31,598 nt of DNA, taken from IMG/VR virus record IMGVR_UViG_3300017774_006457, positions 1 through 31,598 of that record. The stretch is one strand, 5' to 3'. Shown one piece after another: positions 1 through 9,525 of this stretch. Each line of letters starts with the position of its first letter. Within the stretch, counting starts at the first letter, position 1. The DNA is from a virus. Lineage: Duplodnaviria; Caudoviricetes. Position numbers and translations under genes: made by a program. Under the pieces are notes generated by a model, which had not been told where the DNA came from, did not search any database, and saw only the letters and a program-made list of their open reading frames with translations.

Positions 1-115
1 AAAGAGCTTCTTTTCTATCCATAGATGAGAAACGAGCGTAAGTCATAGTATTGAACTTGATAGGATTATCTTGTTCAGTTAGACTTAATACAATACAACA
101 AACTCCTTTTCTCAT
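1..115 (-). CDS. Partial ORF (runs off window), probable UV-damage endonuclease (UvsE/UvdE family) N-terminus
   Basis: Manual translation MRKGVCCIVLSLTEQDNPIKFNTMTYARF resembles UvsE N-termini; TTGACA-17-TATACT promoter just upstream. Confidence 0.5.
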   Translation of the reverse strand, partial: MRKGVCCIVLSLTEQDNPIKFNTMTYARFSSMDRKEAL

Positions 116-121
116 AGTAAG

Positions 122-150
122 AGTATATTGCTTTTTGTCAAATCTGTCAA
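122..150 (-). promoter_or_regulatory. Sigma70-type promoter, leaderless
   Basis: TTGACA (150-145), 17 nt, TATACT (127-122), ATG 6 nt later. Confidence 0.7.
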
Positions 151-161
151 TACTCTATATA

Positions 162-359
162 TTATCTGTAAATATATGTAGATGAATTGTTTTGGTTTTT
201 TAATTCTTTTTTAATCAACGACTTATCTTTTTCATCTGACCAGTTTATGCTATCATAGTTTTCTTTAAACCTATTAGAGAAACAATTTCGAGGTTTATCG
301 CCTTTTCCAGCCCCTATATTTGGCCGATTATCGTTCATATTTGGACTTTTTCGATTCAC
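162..359 (-). CDS. Small hypothetical protein
   Basis: 65-aa ORF with GKGDKPR motif in a co-oriented string of small genes. Confidence 0.55.
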   Translation of the reverse strand: MNRKSPNMNDNRPNIGAGKGDKPRNCFSNRFKENYDSINWSDEKDKSLIKKELKNQNNSSTYIYR

Positions 360-385
360 ATATTTGGCATTTTTTCGTTAGTAAA

Positions 386-682
386 TTAGCTTTTGAAATT
401 TTTTGCTACTTTATTTACATGATCTTTTATGTCATTATAAATATTTATTTCTTTTTGATTAGCTTTTCTTTCTATTTTTGATAAATCATTAAATTTATAT
501 TCTTTTAGTTGATGGTGTTTAAAATGATATACTGGCTTATTTGAATAATTACCATTCGTAAATCTAATATATCTAAATGGAAGATCTTCCCCTTTGATCT
601 TATAAAGAGTTCCTAAGATCGGTTCTTCTTTTTCTTCTTCAAAAACTCCATCAATAAAATTTAATATCTTAATCCAGTTCAT
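386..682 (-). CDS. Hypothetical protein
   Basis: 98-aa ORF, tight packing. Confidence 0.65.
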   Translation of the reverse strand: MNWIKILNFIDGVFEEEKEEPILGTLYKIKGEDLPFRYIRFTNGNYSNKPVYHFKHHQLKEYKFNDLSKIERKANQKEINIYNDIKDHVNKVAKNFKS

Positions 683-683
683 G

Positions 684-863
684 TTATCGTTTTTTCCTTT
701 TGCTTTTAACTCGTTTCCAAATTTTGCATTCTTTATCTAAATCCACACTCCAAAGCATAACTTTACTATAAATTTTGTACCCATATCCATCTCCCCAATT
801 CATAATTGTCATGCTTATTATATCGCCTATAATGTATAATGCATAAGACAAAATATATCTCAT
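684..863 (-). CDS. Small hypothetical protein (59 aa, not in ORF track)
   Basis: MRYILSYALYIIGDIISM...KRKKR*; TTGACA (897-892) and TATAAT (875-870) upstream; abuts next gene. Confidence 0.55.
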   Translation of the reverse strand: MRYILSYALYIIGDIISMTIMNWGDGYGYKIYSKVMLWSVDLDKECKIWKRVKSKRKKR

Positions 864-932
864 AAAAGTATTATATAGAATATATAAACTTTGTCAAGTT
901 TTATATATTTGGGATTTTTTTGTTAGTAAATA

Positions 933-1223
933 TTACTTGTTGAAATCGCCAAGATCACGATCAAAAGAAAACTTTCCAGTCTTTTCTACAAGACCTTCAT
1001 AAGTTTCTTCTGTGCATCCAGCCATTTCAGTAAATGGTGCTACTACTGCAAAGATTCCAAATGCACCAATTGTTGCTGCGGTTGAAATTGGGCGAACAAA
1101 TATAACATCGCCAGCAGAGAGGAAACCGTCTGCTACTGGAGTAGATTCAGATTGAGTTCCAGAATCAGCAAGAGTAATTGAAGCAAATGCCATAAACAAT
1201 AATAGTGTTTTAATTTTATTCAT
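933..1223 (-). CDS. Secreted/membrane hypothetical protein
   Basis: N-terminal signal peptide plus hydrophobic segment. Confidence 0.65.
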   Translation of the reverse strand: MNKIKTLLLFMAFASITLADSGTQSESTPVADGFLSAGDVIFVRPISTAATIGAFGIFAVVAPFTEMAGCTEETYEGLVEKTGKFSFDRDLGDFNK

Positions 1224-1250
1224 ATTTATATTATATATGGATCTGACGCT

Positions 1251-2123
1251 TTATCCAATAAAATTAATATTATATCTGATATTTTGATTAATTAAATCTA
1301 AATCTTCTATTTCATTTTGGCATTGATTTCCTATATCAAACATTTCTTCGTTTCTATAATATAAAAAATTACTTGGATCAATTTTATAATCTAAAGGCAT
1401 ATTTGGAGATATTGCAGTAGGTTTAGGTATAACACCCGCTGCATCTGGAAGTTTTATTCTTTTAAGCCATTTTTCTTTTGATTGAAGTCTGTAATGATTG
1501 AGTCTTAAAAGTCTTTTATCTAAATCAATATGACCTTCTGTGCGTCTTTTTATTAAACTATCATGATAATGACATTCATGTATTGATATTCTTTTAATTA
1601 AATTTGCTAAATGTATAGTTTTTTTATTTTCAGTTAACGCTTTTACTATCCCATTTTTATCTTTAAAATAATATGGTACTCTTTGTCTTCGATTAAAGCT
1701 ATTTACAATATATTTTGGTTGATTTATATAGTTGTTGCTTCCAAATAGTATCATGTCTATTCCATATGATTGAATGTTCATGTTTTCAAATTCATTTAAA
1801 ATATGTTTAAGATTTAAAGTTGCAGGACTCCAAACGTATTCATCAATATCACAAATTAAAATATATTTTGTTTCATTTAATATTGGTAATATAAACCTAT
1901 TGTAACATGAATCTTGTTTGTATTTAGCAATTTGAGTGTTTTTATTATGAAATAATGTTATATATCTTTCGTAAGGTTTTAAAATATCTAAAAAATTATC
2001 ATCGCTAAAATCATTTATTAAATAAAAATGATCTACTTCTCTAGCTAAGTAATGTTCAATCCATTCTTTTAAGTATGGGGCTTCGTTTTTAAAAATTGCT
2101 CCAATTGATAATTTGTATTTCAA
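1251..2123 (-). CDS. Glycosyltransferase, GT-A fold (GT2-like/GT92-like)
   Basis: AIFKNEAPYLKEWIEHY, DFSDD, CDIDEY (DxD), LNHY motifs; TTG start. Confidence 0.85.
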   Translation of the reverse strand: MKYKLSIGAIFKNEAPYLKEWIEHYLAREVDHFYLINDFSDDNFLDILKPYERYITLFHNKNTQIAKYKQDSCYNRFILPILNETKYILICDIDEYVWSPATLNLKHILNEFENMNIQSYGIDMILFGSNNYINQPKYIVNSFNRRQRVPYYFKDKNGIVKALTENKKTIHLANLIKRISIHECHYHDSLIKRRTEGHIDLDKRLLRLNHYRLQSKEKWLKRIKLPDAAGVIPKPTAISPNMPLDYKIDPSNFLYYRNEEMFDIGNQCQNEIEDLDLINQNIRYNINFIG

Positions 2124-2126
2124 ATA

Positions 2127-3761
2127 TTAACAAGTTCCAAAATCAATAGTTTGAGTATCTTCTAGAACCATAAAAAATTGACCATCGCAAGTTAACGTAT
2201 TAGAAATAGTACATTGGGCACCTAAATCTATACAATATTGTTCACCATTTGGACCAATCCCATTCATCCCGCAATTTTTTAACTTGGCATAGACACCTGT
2301 ATATGACACAACATAACAATCGCTTGGTGGACATCTTTTGTCTGGATTATCTTTTTTAAATGATCTGCAACCACTGCGAGAACAACAATTCCGATCAGTG
2401 CATCTAACGCTTTTTTCTGCAGAACTACAATCTGCACAACAATTATTCACGGGTCCGCAACTTATGGTTGGAGTTGGGGTTGGACTTGGAGTATTTTTCG
2501 CACATGTTCCACAGCTACATGTTATATATCTACCAGGATCTTTTGGACAACTTTTTTCAGATCGAGCACATGTGCATGTTTTATTAGGGTCATTTGACTC
2601 TTGTTCATCTGCCCAACTTTCGCAGCTCGACGGGTCTTGAAAACAATTTCCAGTCATCTCACTACACTCACATGCGCTTGGCGTTGGAGTCGCACATAAT
2701 TCACAATGTATAAGTCTAGCTTCGTCACCAGGGCATTCAAAGTCACCAGCATCTGCTACTTGTTCTCCGACCTGACATCTTGCTACCCAACCAGGTCCTG
2801 CAGCATAAGCACAGTCGCAGTATGTTACTGTAAAAGTCCATGTTACTGGAGGATTAGAGCAATAGCATTCTTCTAGTGCTCCGTTTTGACCACAATTAGG
2901 ATGAAATTTATCACAAGGATCACATGTATAACCCTTTTTGTCTTTGTTTGCAATTTTGCAGTCGTTAAGTGTTCGGTATCCATTTCCATTTCCACATTCT
3001 TTTGGCTCATGCACACATTCTTCACAACGTACAATTGGGCAAAATCCTCCCCCTGTGCAAGTTCTAGATTCGCATTTAACACAAAAATCATCTTTACTTT
3101 TTACGCAATTCCAATTACATTGTCCTATTTCATATAAATCTCCTCCGCATCTCTTATCTTTACAATCTTGTGGGCATGTGTTAGTAGGAGTAGGAGTAGG
3201 AGGGGGAGTTGGTCCAATATTAACATCATAGCAATTAGGATTATCTTCTCCATTAGGACATGTACAACTAACGTTTTTACACCAACAATTCAAATAATCT
3301 GGACAACCACCTGAATTTATCCATTTGTCGCAACTTTCGTAAGAACTAAATTGAGCTCCGCAATGAAGCAAGCATTTACATGGCTGTGTTCCTGTAGGAG
3401 TTGGAGTTTTTTTAGGTTCACATGTTCCGCACTGTATATCAGGACAATCTTTTGGACATTTTTTTGTTTTTTGACCAACGCAATCTTCATCTGCCCAACA
3501 ATATGCGCAATTAGTTCCAGTATCACAGTCACAAAAATCTTTGCATGGAGGTGTGCCAGTCCTACAATTCCAACAAGTTCTAGTTTCACAATCCTTTCCA
3601 GAGCAGTCTTCTTTAACACAAATCATTTGAGGGTCATCAAAATAATACAAACCACAATCTCCACAAGCGCATGGAGGCTTAGTAGTCGGCGTAGGATCTT
3701 CTGTATATTCTAAAATTTCAGATATTATTCTTAATAATTCATTATTACGAGATTCGTCCAT
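2127..3761 (-). CDS. Extremely Cys-rich protein with Pro/Thr linkers, possibly virion surface protein
   Basis: 544 aa with dense Cys modules separated by PTPTPT linkers; GTGTAA motif upstream. Confidence 0.75.
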   Translation of the reverse strand: MDESRNNELLRIISEILEYTEDPTPTTKPPCACGDCGLYYFDDPQMICVKEDCSGKDCETRTCWNCRTGTPPCKDFCDCDTGTNCAYCWADEDCVGQKTKKCPKDCPDIQCGTCEPKKTPTPTGTQPCKCLLHCGAQFSSYESCDKWINSGGCPDYLNCWCKNVSCTCPNGEDNPNCYDVNIGPTPPPTPTPTNTCPQDCKDKRCGGDLYEIGQCNWNCVKSKDDFCVKCESRTCTGGGFCPIVRCEECVHEPKECGNGNGYRTLNDCKIANKDKKGYTCDPCDKFHPNCGQNGALEECYCSNPPVTWTFTVTYCDCAYAAGPGWVARCQVGEQVADAGDFECPGDEARLIHCELCATPTPSACECSEMTGNCFQDPSSCESWADEQESNDPNKTCTCARSEKSCPKDPGRYITCSCGTCAKNTPSPTPTPTISCGPVNNCCADCSSAEKSVRCTDRNCCSRSGCRSFKKDNPDKRCPPSDCYVVSYTGVYAKLKNCGMNGIGPNGEQYCIDLGAQCTISNTLTCDGQFFMVLEDTQTIDFGTC

Positions 3762-3853
3762 AATTTAACTAGGTTACACTTAATTTTAAATGAATATTAT
3801 GCAATAATTTAGAATTAAATAATCCAATAGTATATTATAATATAAAAGATTAT

Positions 3854-4372
3854 ATGGATAAAGAAAAATATATAGCAAATTTCGAAAAAAACCCTATATA
3901 TTCATCTTTAAAAGACTTACAAGTAATGCAGTCTAAGACTATAGATAATAATGCAAATTTAGGCGTTTTTGCTAAAAGAAATTTTTCAGAAAATGAACTA
4001 ATAGAATGCAGTCCAATTTTTAAATTAGATTGGAGATCAAAATATCAACAAGATTCTTCAATAATGCAATATGCATTTACTACAAATACTAAATGTCAAT
4101 GTAACGAATGCAAAACTCATGGATATAATCTTTACATATGCTTGGGATATGCATCTATTTATAATAGCAAAAAAGACTCAGATGCTAGTTGGTTTCTATC
4201 TCCACAACATAGAGCTTGGTTTTTGGTTGCTACAAAAGATATAAAAAGAGGAAATGAAATTTTTACTTTTTATGGAAATAGATACAATATGGATTATTAT
4301 AATAAACCAAATAGACCACAATCATTAGATGAAGTAGATTGGTCTAAAATACCTTTAACTCCTACTAGTTAA
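3854..4372 (+). CDS. SET-domain protein (putative lysine methyltransferase)
   Basis: [10 protein letters not shown](S), [17 protein letters not shown] motifs. Confidence 0.85.
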   Translation: MDKEKYIANFEKNPIYSSLKDLQVMQSKTIDNNANLGVFAKRNFSENELIECSPIFKLDWRSKYQQDSSIMQYAFTTNTKCQCNECKTHGYNLYICLGYASIYNSKKDSDASWFLSPQHRAWFLVATKDIKRGNEIFTFYGNRYNMDYYNKPNRPQSLDEVDWSKIPLTPTS

Positions 4373-5451
4373 TTTTTAATCTCGTACCATCCTTTGCCTG
4401 TCTGGATATTTAATACGTCTTTAAAATATTTTTCATACATTAATGCGACGTTTTCAAGTGAAAATTTTTCAGCAAATCTTCTGCAATCTATAGACTTAAT
4501 TTGTTTAATATTTTTTGCTGCGTTAACAAAATCTTCGAATGTTCTGCATCTATATCCAGTAAGACCATTTATATTGTTTTCAGTAAATGATCCCCAATCT
4601 GTAGTAATGGTTGGTGTTCCGCTCAATAGATTTTCTACTTGAACTCCACCAAATGGTTCTATATATTGAGAAGCAACGAAAGCGCCTTTGGCTTTTGACA
4701 TTAATTTTTTTCTAGTTTCTATATCTGCATACCCAATATGTTGTATATATTCAGAGTTTATTCCCATCTCTTTTAAATTCCCTTGGCCAGCAACTATAAG
4801 TTTTTGTTTCAAATGTTCGCATACTTGATGCGCAATATGAACTCCTTTCCCACTATAAACTCTTCCTAAATATAAAAAATAATCTTCTTTTTCTTCTGAG
4901 TATTCAAAATCATCTAAATCAAAGTAATTTGGTATAACCACATCATACCAATCTTGTTTACAAGTTCCTACTGCTTCTAACCCATAATATGCATGATAAA
5001 TAGCATATGATTCAAAAACTTTAAATCTTGCCCAATGACCTCCAGCGTAACCAATTCCAGGTTCAACCACTATCATATCTTGATGCGCATCACAAATTGG
5101 TCTAACTCCACTTCCCCAAAATGGAAGTAAAAAATCTAATTTTTGTTTTCTTTTATAAATTTCAATAATAGCATTTTTATAAAAAGTTTGATAAGCATGA
5201 TCATTCGTATCAAATTTAAAAAAATTATTTTTCCAATCGTGCGAGCCGTAAGATATTTCAAAATCTTTATTGGTCAAAACTGTAACATGCTCGTCACAAA
5301 CTACGTCTGAATCTTCGTGACCATAATGAATTATATAATGACCTCTAGCTCTCATCATCTTGCAAAACTTAACTACCTTTTGAGTATAAGCGCAAGCATT
5401 AAATAGTTTACTTGAAACTGTATGAGGCAAACCTAATACATGAAATCTCAT
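4369..5451 (-). CDS. Glycosyltransferase family 4 (GT-B)
   Basis: [11 protein letters not shown] and [16 protein letters not shown] (EX7E) motifs. Confidence 0.9.
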   Translation of the reverse strand: MRFHVLGLPHTVSSKLFNACAYTQKVVKFCKMMRARGHYIIHYGHEDSDVVCDEHVTVLTNKDFEISYGSHDWKNNFFKFDTNDHAYQTFYKNAIIEIYKRKQKLDFLLPFWGSGVRPICDAHQDMIVVEPGIGYAGGHWARFKVFESYAIYHAYYGLEAVGTCKQDWYDVVIPNYFDLDDFEYSEEKEDYFLYLGRVYSGKGVHIAHQVCEHLKQKLIVAGQGNLKEMGINSEYIQHIGYADIETRKKLMSKAKGAFVASQYIEPFGGVQVENLLSGTPTITTDWGSFTENNINGLTGYRCRTFEDFVNAAKNIKQIKSIDCRRFAEKFSLENVALMYEKYFKDVLNIQTGKGWYEIKN

Positions 5452-5454
5452 ATA

Positions 5455-5616
5455 TTATTTTTCTTTAATAAAATAACTTTTTTTAGTTTTAGGATTTAAT
5501 TTGCTAATATAATTTTTTGCTAAAACATAACCTTCTTTGGAAAATGGGAATACTCCATAAAGAAAATTATCTTTTGAATATACGCCATAATACTTTTTCT
5601 TTTTAGTTCTTGGCAT
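5455..5616 (-). CDS. Small basic hypothetical protein (53 aa)
   Basis: Manual ORF MPRTKKKKYYGVYSKDNFLYG..., ends 3 nt before the GT4 start. Confidence 0.5.
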   Translation of the reverse strand: MPRTKKKKYYGVYSKDNFLYGVFPFSKEGYVLAKNYISKLNPKTKKSYFIKEK

Positions 5617-5761
5617 TGTTATGCTCCTCTAGCAGTGTTTTTAATAATTTCAAATGATGAACATTCCAATTATCGCCAGTTTGCCAAGGTTCTCTTACTC
5701 TAGAATCATCATATTCGTTCTTTTCTAAAATTTGATTTAACAGCTTTAATATTTTATCCAT
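5603..5761 (-). CDS. Small hypothetical protein (52 aa)
   Basis: Manual ORF MDKILKLLNQILEKNEYDD..., overlaps next start. Confidence 0.5.
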   Translation of the reverse strand: MDKILKLLNQILEKNEYDDSRVREPWQTGDNWNVHHLKLLKTLLEEHNNAKN

Positions 5762-5830
5762 AATAAATTATACTAAATTTATTGATAAAATTCAAAATCT
5801 AATGTAATATAAATATAGTTCATTCTCATT

Positions 5831-6219
5831 GGGCCCGTACTGGTTTCGATTTTAGAGATCGGAATTAAAATGCAAGTGGAGGTTGAATCGAGGACTCCTT
5901 AAAAAGTTTCAATTTATATTAACTGCCAAAACAGCAAAATATAAAGGTCATATTTCAGCAAGAGTTTCTCTTGTCGAGATGACTGAATCTGTAGCCTAAG
6001 TTCTACAGCGTGACTACCTTGACACATCTATTGGATAGTTGCGTAATTAGATGTTTGAGCATAGGAAGTTTTTTTATTCTTTTTATATTCAATATTCAAA
6101 ATAAAATCGCTGAGTATGTTTGTTTTTTATCTATACAAGGCTAAAAACAAAAAGAACTAAACTTGTAGTATTTCAATTTAGATTTTTAAAAGACAGAGGT
6201 TCAATTCCTCTCGGGTCCA
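5831..6219 (+). ncRNA. ssrA: tmRNA
   Basis: 5' GGGCCCG pairs with 3' CGGGTCC-A including G3-U Ala determinant; 5' CTGGTTTCGA; T-arm AGAGG-TTCAATT-CCTCT; tag ORF 5925-5999; CCA not encoded. Confidence 0.93.
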
Positions 6220-6285
6220 AGTAAACGAATCCCTGTGTCTGCATTTTTATTAGATAATACTATAAAATCCACATATAATGCTTAT

Positions 6286-6837
6286 ATGAAGATAAGAAAA
6301 ACAAAAATAACTTGTGCTCAATGTGGCAATGAACACGAAATAAGGCAAAGCGATTATAATAGAAAAATAAAATCTGGACAAACTAAATTTTATTGTAGTT
6401 TGAAATGTTCTGGAAAAGCTGACTATAAAAATAACCCAATTAAACTAGAAAGAAATAAAGGCAATATTAATTTATTAAAAGGTTACGAAGCTAATAGATT
6501 AGATGAATATAGCCCATTTAAATATTCATTAAATAAAGCTAGATCAAGGAGCAAAGAAAAGGGACAAGAGACAGATTTAACTCTTGAATATTTAAAGCAA
6601 CTTTTAGAAAAACAAAACGGTTTATGTTCATATACAAGTATAGTTTTAGAATTACCTAGAAGCTCTCAAGATGAAGATATAAAGAAAAGTCCAACTAAAT
6701 TAAGTCTTGATAGAATTGACCCAAATATAGGATACATACAAGGAAATGTTGAATTCGTATGTTATTGCGTTAATGTTATGAAAAATGACTTTTCTAAACA
6801 AGAAATGGTAGATTTTATTAAAAAAATTAGAAATTAA
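6286..6837 (+). CDS. HNH/EndoVII-like endonuclease with N-terminal zinc finger (free-standing homing endonuclease-like)
   Basis: CAQCG...FYCSLKC finger; QNGLCSYT...SLDRIDPNIGYIQGNVEFVCYCVNVMK nuclease motif; ATG 6286 preferred to GTG 6235. Confidence 0.8.
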   Translation: MKIRKTKITCAQCGNEHEIRQSDYNRKIKSGQTKFYCSLKCSGKADYKNNPIKLERNKGNINLLKGYEANRLDEYSPFKYSLNKARSRSKEKGQETDLTLEYLKQLLEKQNGLCSYTSIVLELPRSSQDEDIKKSPTKLSLDRIDPNIGYIQGNVEFVCYCVNVMKNDFSKQEMVDFIKKIRN

Positions 6838-6862
6838 AAACTTGACTTTATATAATAAAGAT

Positions 6863-7303
6863 ATGAACATAGCCCCATATTTAGACATATTAGTAAAGAA
6901 CGAAAAGATTTTCGAAGCTTTAAAGAATAAATATCCAGAAATATTAGCTGATTTAACTAGCGCAAAATTTAATCCAACATGCTCTTGTAGAGGAAGGGTT
7001 GCTACCCATTTAAATAAAAAATACGAAGAAGGCGACAAAGATTTTATTGATTTTCTGCTAAATATGGATGAGTTCAAAGAACAAAAAGCTGTAATTGATA
7101 AAATTATTAAAGACACCGAGGAAAAACTTAAAGCTAAAGCTATAGATGTATCGAAAGATACAAGCGTAAGTAATATATATCAAGTACCAAAAGGTCCAAA
7201 AGCTTGGGAAGATTTTAACAAATTTGTAAATGAAAAGGGAATAACATTTAGATCATTCTCTGTTGTAGATAAGGGAGAATTTTTAGAAATTTATTTCCTA
7301 TAA
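6863..7303 (+). CDS. Hypothetical protein
   Basis: ORF with NPTCSC motif, translationally coupled to the next gene. Confidence 0.7.
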   Translation: MNIAPYLDILVKNEKIFEALKNKYPEILADLTSAKFNPTCSCRGRVATHLNKKYEEGDKDFIDFLLNMDEFKEQKAVIDKIIKDTEEKLKAKAIDVSKDTSVSNIYQVPKGPKAWEDFNKFVNEKGITFRSFSVVDKGEFLEIYFL

Positions 7304-7593
7304 TGGTTTCTTTTTTAGTATATTTATTTCTTTGTTTAGGATTAGCTTATGGTTGGTCAGATACAGAAGCTTCAAGACCTTTCAGAAATTTTATAGCAAG
7401 AATACCCTATATTAGGAAACCGCTGCTTTGCCATGAATGTAGTAGTTTTTGGATCTCTTTAGGATTATCATTTTTTATTAATCCGTTAGCTAACTTTACT
7501 TATCCAATTTTAAGTAATATTCTTTCTGGTTTTGCTGGATTTTTTATTAATCTAATTTTTGTAAGAAATCATTTAATTAAATATAAAGAATAA
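7303..7593 (+). CDS. Small membrane protein (DUF1360-like)
   Basis: Hydrophobic helices and LLCHECSSFW motif. Confidence 0.6.
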   Translation: MVSFLVYLFLCLGLAYGWSDTEASRPFRNFIARIPYIRKPLLCHECSSFWISLGLSFFINPLANFTYPILSNILSGFAGFFINLIFVRNHLIKYKE

Positions 7594-7594
7594 T

Positions 7595-7867
7595 ATGAAC
7601 AAACCTCAAGGTAAAATTGATTTAATGTATTTTAGTGCTTCTTGGTGTGGTCCATGTAAAATGATGAAACCTTTGATTGATAATTTTATTAATATTAATT
7701 CAGATAAAGTAAACCTAATGAAAATAGACGTAGATTCTGATCGTCATCTAGCCCAAGCGTATGGTATAAATTCTGTACCAAGTTTTATAGTTTTAAAAAA
7801 TGGTAATATGGTAGATAGATTTAATGGAATGGTTAGTCAATCTAGATTGAATCAAATTTTAAATTAA
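7595..7867 (+). CDS. trxA: Thioredoxin
   Basis: WCGPC active site, SVP cis-Pro motif. Confidence 0.93.
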   Translation: MNKPQGKIDLMYFSASWCGPCKMMKPLIDNFININSDKVNLMKIDVDSDRHLAQAYGINSVPSFIVLKNGNMVDRFNGMVSQSRLNQILN

Positions 7868-8080
7868 TTTTTTATTTTTAGGTACAAAATATATTATAAC
7901 TTCATCACCATATACTTGAAATTTTTTCAATTTATAATTTTTTCTATCAAGAAGATTTTTTAATTCATTTATATATTCACTTTTAGTATAAACTACAATA
8001 GTTCTTTGGTCTTTTGAATCAACTCCATATTCGTCTGCAAATTCAGAACATATCGCTAATGCTTCGCTTTGATTGCTCAC
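7859..8080 (-). CDS. Hypothetical protein
   Basis: 73-aa ORF, GTG start 8 nt from a GTGTAA motif. Confidence 0.65.
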   Translation of the reverse strand: MSNQSEALAICSEFADEYGVDSKDQRTIVVYTKSEYINELKNLLDRKNYKLKKFQVYGDEVIIYFVPKNKKLI

Positions 8081-8098
8081 ATAATAGTTTACACTATT

Positions 8099-9091
8099 TT
8101 AAATAGATTCTTTATTTCCAGAAAATATAATTTCTATATAGTCATTAAGACTATGACTTAAATAAGACTTAATGAAAGATTGCATTGTTTGTAATGAATT
8201 AAATTTAAATAAATTATTATTTTGATATAACTTATAAGTATGCATCCGTTCAAGAATATCACATTTATTAATTATAAGTTTTGTTACTCCAGAGATTTTA
8301 ATTGCATCAATTAGTTTATTTAAATTCAACCAATTCACTATCCTCTTCCTGCCAGTTGTTGAGCCAAACTCTTTACCTAGCTCAATTATCATATTTAATT
8401 CTTCGTCTTGCCAAAGCGAATCTGGAAATAATGGGTCTACTCCACTTTTAGTGTCATAAATTTTAGCTACTCCAATTATATCTCTTACTTTTTTTGGGCT
8501 AAATCCCAAAGAACAAGCTGAATAGGGAAGAGTTTCGCTACTTGTAACATAAGGATAATCTCCATAATTTAAATCTAGCCAAAAACTTTGAGCACCCTCG
8601 CAAAGAATATTGCCGTATAGTTCACCATTCCAAAGATATTTTTTATCTAAATAATCTTTTGCAAGTTTACCAACTCTTAAAGCCTTATCTGAATAACAGG
8701 GGGCAATCCCTTGTCCAGTTGTTCCAAGTTTAGATTTTAAAAATTTAAGATCATATTGAATATGTCTTTCAGTAATAACATGAGTTTTTGGACTTACTTT
8801 AATTAATGACATATCAAAACCTTCTTTTTTAAGATAATCTATTTCATCAAAAAATTTATCAATATTAATAACACAATTTGGACCAATAATACTAAGTTTA
8901 TTTTGAAAAACTCCACAAGGAATAATATGAGTTTTATATTTTTTATCGTTAATATAAACTGTATGACCTGCGTTGGGACCACCATTCCAACGGCAAACAA
9001 TGTCATAATTTTTACTAATAGCATTACTTATTTTACCTTTACCTTCATCTCCCCAAGCTAAACCAAAAATAACATCAACTGCTTTGATCAT
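8099..9091 (-). CDS. purA: Adenylosuccinate synthetase (short form)
   Basis: WGDEGKGK, GGPNAGHT, GTTGQGI, EGAQ, YPYVTSS, GSTTGRKR, NKCD. Confidence 0.95.
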   Translation of the reverse strand: MIKAVDVIFGLAWGDEGKGKISNAISKNYDIVCRWNGGPNAGHTVYINDKKYKTHIIPCGVFQNKLSIIGPNCVINIDKFFDEIDYLKKEGFDMSLIKVSPKTHVITERHIQYDLKFLKSKLGTTGQGIAPCYSDKALRVGKLAKDYLDKKYLWNGELYGNILCEGAQSFWLDLNYGDYPYVTSSETLPYSACSLGFSPKKVRDIIGVAKIYDTKSGVDPLFPDSLWQDEELNMIIELGKEFGSTTGRKRIVNWLNLNKLIDAIKISGVTKLIINKCDILERMHTYKLYQNNNLFKFNSLQTMQSFIKSYLSHSLNDYIEIIFSGNKESI

Positions 9092-9299
9092 TTTTAGGTA
9101 AATTTTTCTCTATAAATTCATTTAGTAATTTTTTACAATAATTCGATCCATCTGATCCACAGCATTTCTTGAATTTCTTTCCTTCAAATGGGCAGTTATA
9201 ATTTCTGCCTAATTTTGGAGCAAGTCTATGAATAGGTGATCTGTCTGTTGCTCTTATATAAAGAGGAATATCATTACTTGATTCTTGTGCTTCGCTCAT
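9075..9299 (-). CDS. SEC-C motif small protein
   Basis: GRNYNCPFEGKKFKKCCG, a variant SEC-C motif. Confidence 0.65.
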   Translation of the reverse strand: MSEAQESSNDIPLYIRATDRSPIHRLAPKLGRNYNCPFEGKKFKKCCGSDGSNYCKKLLNEFIEKNLPKNDQSS

Positions 9300-9490
9300 G
9301 GAGATCTTACATCAAAAATATTTACTTTTTGAGATCCATTTGGACCAGAAATCATCAAATGCATTTCATCTATTGCATTTTCTACTAAACCAAACCAATG
9401 AGTTAACTTGACATGATCGGTTATTACTACAACTCTTTTACCTATCATCCTTTTCAATACATTGAATTTTAATGTTGATTGTTGTTTCAT
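9296..9490 (-). CDS. Small hypothetical protein
   Basis: 64-aa ORF directly behind a consensus promoter. Confidence 0.7.
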   Translation of the reverse strand: MKQQSTLKFNVLKRMIGKRVVVITDHVKLTHWFGLVENAIDEMHLMISGPNGSQKVNIFDVRSP

Positions 9491-9496
9491 ATTTTT

Positions 9497-9525
9497 ATTA
9501 TATATAATTATTATCGTATTGTCAA
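9497..9525 (-). promoter_or_regulatory. Sigma70-type promoter, leaderless
   Basis: TTGACA-17-TATAAT, ATG 6 nt downstream. Confidence 0.8.

Noticed and set aside
2338-3713. Overlapping alternative-frame and antisense ORFs (also 4394, 6700, 8839, 15695, 17183, 19744-20326, 24418, 27153, 29243, 30276)
   Set aside because: Shadows of longer, well-supported genes with no motifs of their own
6190-6219. Separate tRNA gene
   Set aside because: It is the T-arm and acceptor half of the tmRNA; no anticodon arm
8099-9091. PurZ (2-aminoadenine DNA pathway)
   Set aside because: Retains the PurA catalytic Asp in GDEGKG where PurZ has Ser; no dATPase or MazZ seen in the window
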